DNA of 64,000 nt from Heptranchias perlo (taxonomy: Eukaryota): contig NC_090335.1 in assembly GCF_035084215.1 (NCBI RefSeq), positions 13,144,001-13,208,000 of the forward strand, written 5' to 3'. The translations under genes were made by a program, and so were the position numbers. Of the stretch, positions 61,638 through 64,000 are shown piece by piece; position 1 is the stretch's first letter, and the number at the start of each line of letters is the position of its first letter. The notes under the pieces are model-generated. The model was not told the origin of the DNA. It ran no database searches and worked only from the letters and a program-made list of their open reading frames with translations.

Positions 61638-61775
61638 AATATTGAAACAAGACTAAAGGTTAATCTGCCAGAAGAAATCGGAGCAGCTTTGATGGACGGA
61701 GTGGTGCTGTGCCATTTAGTCAATCACATCCGTCCGCGATCAGTACTCAGTATACATGTACCATCACCGGCAGTG
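61638..61775 (+). CDS. LRCH1: LRCH1 exon 19 (CH domain N-terminal half): NIETRLKVNLPEEIGAALMDGVVLCHLVNHIRPRSVLSIHVPSPAV
   Basis: ttcaacag| acceptor, |gtaagt donor, 138 nt, phase 0 to 0. Confidence 0.96.
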
Positions 61776-62479
61776 GTAAGTCTTTCACTTTGAGTAAGAG
61801 AACAGTTTTTGGGTTGAGGTCTTTGTTGCAGGCAGCACTGTAAGGTCATGATCTGCAACAGCTGACCAGGTAACCTGGTTTTATTAATGTCCTCCTCTTG
61901 CTTAGTGAAAGATCAAATAATATGGAATAATGAGAACCCAGATTTCCACTTTTGTGCCTTTATTTGTGTTTCCTATACCAAGTACCATTCCTAGTCAAAA
62001 TAAAGGTTGATGGCCTTTTTGGAACATAAGGCTTGACCGATGAAGAAAGACCAACGTCCATCTCGTTCAGCTTCTACCATCCTAGTAGTTAGATGATACA
62101 ACGATAATGGAGTTGTTGACTAATCATAGCAATCAATCTCTATCAATTAGTCTACAACAGGCCCAGACATGAGGTGAGGAAAACCCCAATGGTGGAGAGC
62201 TTTGGGAACCATAGGTCCAAAGTCACCTGCATGCTACACTCAAATGACTCATATACTGTATTCCCAAATGTTTTTCTAGGATTCTCAACAGAACCAGTGG
62301 TAGAGTGGCCCAGTTCGGTTTGACGTCTCCCATGAGCCTGGAGGGCATCGCAATCACTCAGCACCAACCTAGATAACATAGCTGAGATTGGGAGCTCAGC
62401 TTATGTAAAACCACATCTGCAGTTTACTGGTGCCAAACTTCACACAGCGTGTTCCTGATCTCAACTGTAAAGAAAGAAA

Positions 62480-62905
62480 TAACCTGCGTTTATATAACGC
62501 CTTTCCCATCCTCAGGACGTCCCATGGTGTTCCACAACCAATAAATTACTTTAGAAGTGTAGTCACTGTTTTGTGAGCAATTCACACATTGCAAGATCCC
62601 ACAAACAACAGAGAGATGAATTACCAGCTAATCTGCTTTGCTGTTGGTTGAGGGAGGAGTTTTACCTTGGACACCAGGAAATCTCTACGTTCTTTGAGTA
62701 GTTCCATGGGATCTTTTATATCCACCTGACCAAGCAGACGGGGGTCTCGGTGTAACGTCTCATCCAGAGGACGGCACCTTAGACAGTGCAGCACTCCTTC
62801 ACTACTGCACTGAAGTGTCAACCTAGATTTTGTGCTCAAGTCACGCAGTAGGGCATGAACCCACAGCCTTCTAATTAAGAGGTAAGAGTGCCACTACTGA
62901 GCTAC
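62480..62905 (-). mobile_element. Deu-domain SINE (SacSINE1-like)
   Basis: Colinear with 7091-7517 and 57905-58328. Confidence 0.78.
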
Positions 62906-63154
62906 GCTGGCACACAACAACATGAGGAGGAAGGACAATCAAAACCAGGTGTTCCCCCACAAGAAGGGTAGGAATATTAGAGCGGGTGTCTGCTGGCTGC
63001 TCTCGCTGAACTCTTTGTGCCCAGAGAGAGCGAGAATTTGCCAGAGACTTGAGGTGCTTGGCTGCCAACATCCTTGGCGGAATATGGTAGATGGTAGATG
63101 ACATAATGCAAGGTCAAGGGATCCACCATTTTGAAACAAAAATGTCACCCTCAT

Positions 63155-64000
63155 AAGGCAAAGGAGAATCCAAAGAGCTTCTACAAATACATAAAGGGCA
63201 AAAGAGTAACTAGGGAGAGAGTAGGGCCTCTTAAGGATCAACAAGGTCATCTATGTGCGGAACCACAAGAGATGGGTGAGATCCTAAATGAATATTTCAC
63301 ATCGGTATTTACGGTTGAGAAAGGCATGGATGTTAGGGAACTTGGGGAAATAAATAGTGATGTCTTGAGGAGTGTACATATTACAGAGAGGGAGGTGCTG
63401 GAAGTCTTAACGCGCATCAAGGTAGATAAATCTCCGGGACCTGATGAAATGTATCCCAGGACGTTATGGGAGATTAGGGAGGAAATTGCGGGTCCCCTAG
63501 CAGAGATATTTGAATCATCGACAGCGACAGGTGAGGTGCCTGAAGATTGGAGGGTAGCAAATGTTGTGCCCTTGTTTAAGAAGGGCAGCAGGGAAAAGCC
63601 TGGGAACTACAGACCGGTGAGCCTGACATCTGTAGTGGGTAAGTTGTTAGAGGGTATTCTGAGAGACAGGATCTACAGGCATTTGGAGAGGCAGGGACTG
63701 ATTAGGAACAGTCAGCATGGTTTTGTGAGAGGAAAATCATGTCTCACGAATTTGATTGAGTTTTTTGAAGGGGTAACCAAGAAGATAGATGAGGGCTGTG
63801 CAGTAGACGTGGTCTACATGGACTTTAGCAAAGCCTTTGACAAGGTACCGCATGGTAGGTTGTTACATAAGGTTAAATCTCACGGGATCCAAGGTGAGGT
63901 AGCCAATTGGATACAAAATTGGATTGACGACAGAAGACAGAGGGTGGTTGTAGAGGGTTGTGTTTCAAACTGGAGGCCTGTGACCAGCGGTGTGCTTCAG
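63155..64000 (+). mobile_element. Very young CR1 LINE, 5'-truncated ORF2 (reverse transcriptase), running off the window
   Basis: Stop-free 282 codons: KENPKSFYKYIK...KSPGPDEMYPRTL...VPEDWRVANVVPLFKKG...NYRPVSLTSVVGKLLE...QHGFVRGKSCLTNLIEFF...YMDFSKAFDKVPH. Confidence 0.95.

Larger units (their letters stand above)
673..61775 (+). other. LRCH1: LRCH1-like gene (leucine-rich repeat and calponin homology domain-containing protein 1), partial; 18 coding exons in window
   Basis: Manually spliced exons give one ORF. It contains LRRs (DLSKNRLSEIPLELCHFVSLEMLNLYHNCIK...), DSGIGSDNGDKRLSATEPSDED, APFGLKPRS, DPQFTIRRKMEQMREEKE and the CH-domain start (AALMDGVVLCHLVNHIRPRSV). These match LRCH1 as I recall it better than LRCH3/4. 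Phases are consistent at all junctions. Confidence 0.9.

Overview
Eukaryotic genomic DNA. The repeat content (CR1 LINEs, Deu-domain SacSINE1-like SINEs, Penelope-like fragments) points to a cartilaginous fish, which is an inference. The whole window lies inside one + strand gene, an LRCH1 orthologue (leucine-rich repeats plus calponin-homology domain). I traced 18 internal coding exons from 673 to 61775. They total 1853 nt and keep one open frame across every junction. The first exon and the final exons lie outside the window. Exon numbers assume the first one seen is exon 2. Introns are dense in retroposon fragments. Highlights: (1) a young Penelope-like insertion forming a perfect 91-bp inverted repeat with two minimal hammerhead ribozyme motifs; (2) an identical fragment inserted 6 nt before an exon, in an intron that also has a GC donor; (3) a 2014-bp internally deleted Harbinger transposon 49 nt past an exon, with an in-frame cryptic acceptor that could give an LRCH1-transposase fusion; (4) a cassette exon with a 230-nt AG-free zone and a candidate distant branch point; (5) an unexplained, highly self-complementary ~430-nt GC-rich element; (6) an LRCH3-like coiled-coil exon. 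Family assignments come from remembered consensus sequences, not database searches. Repeat boundaries are approximate.
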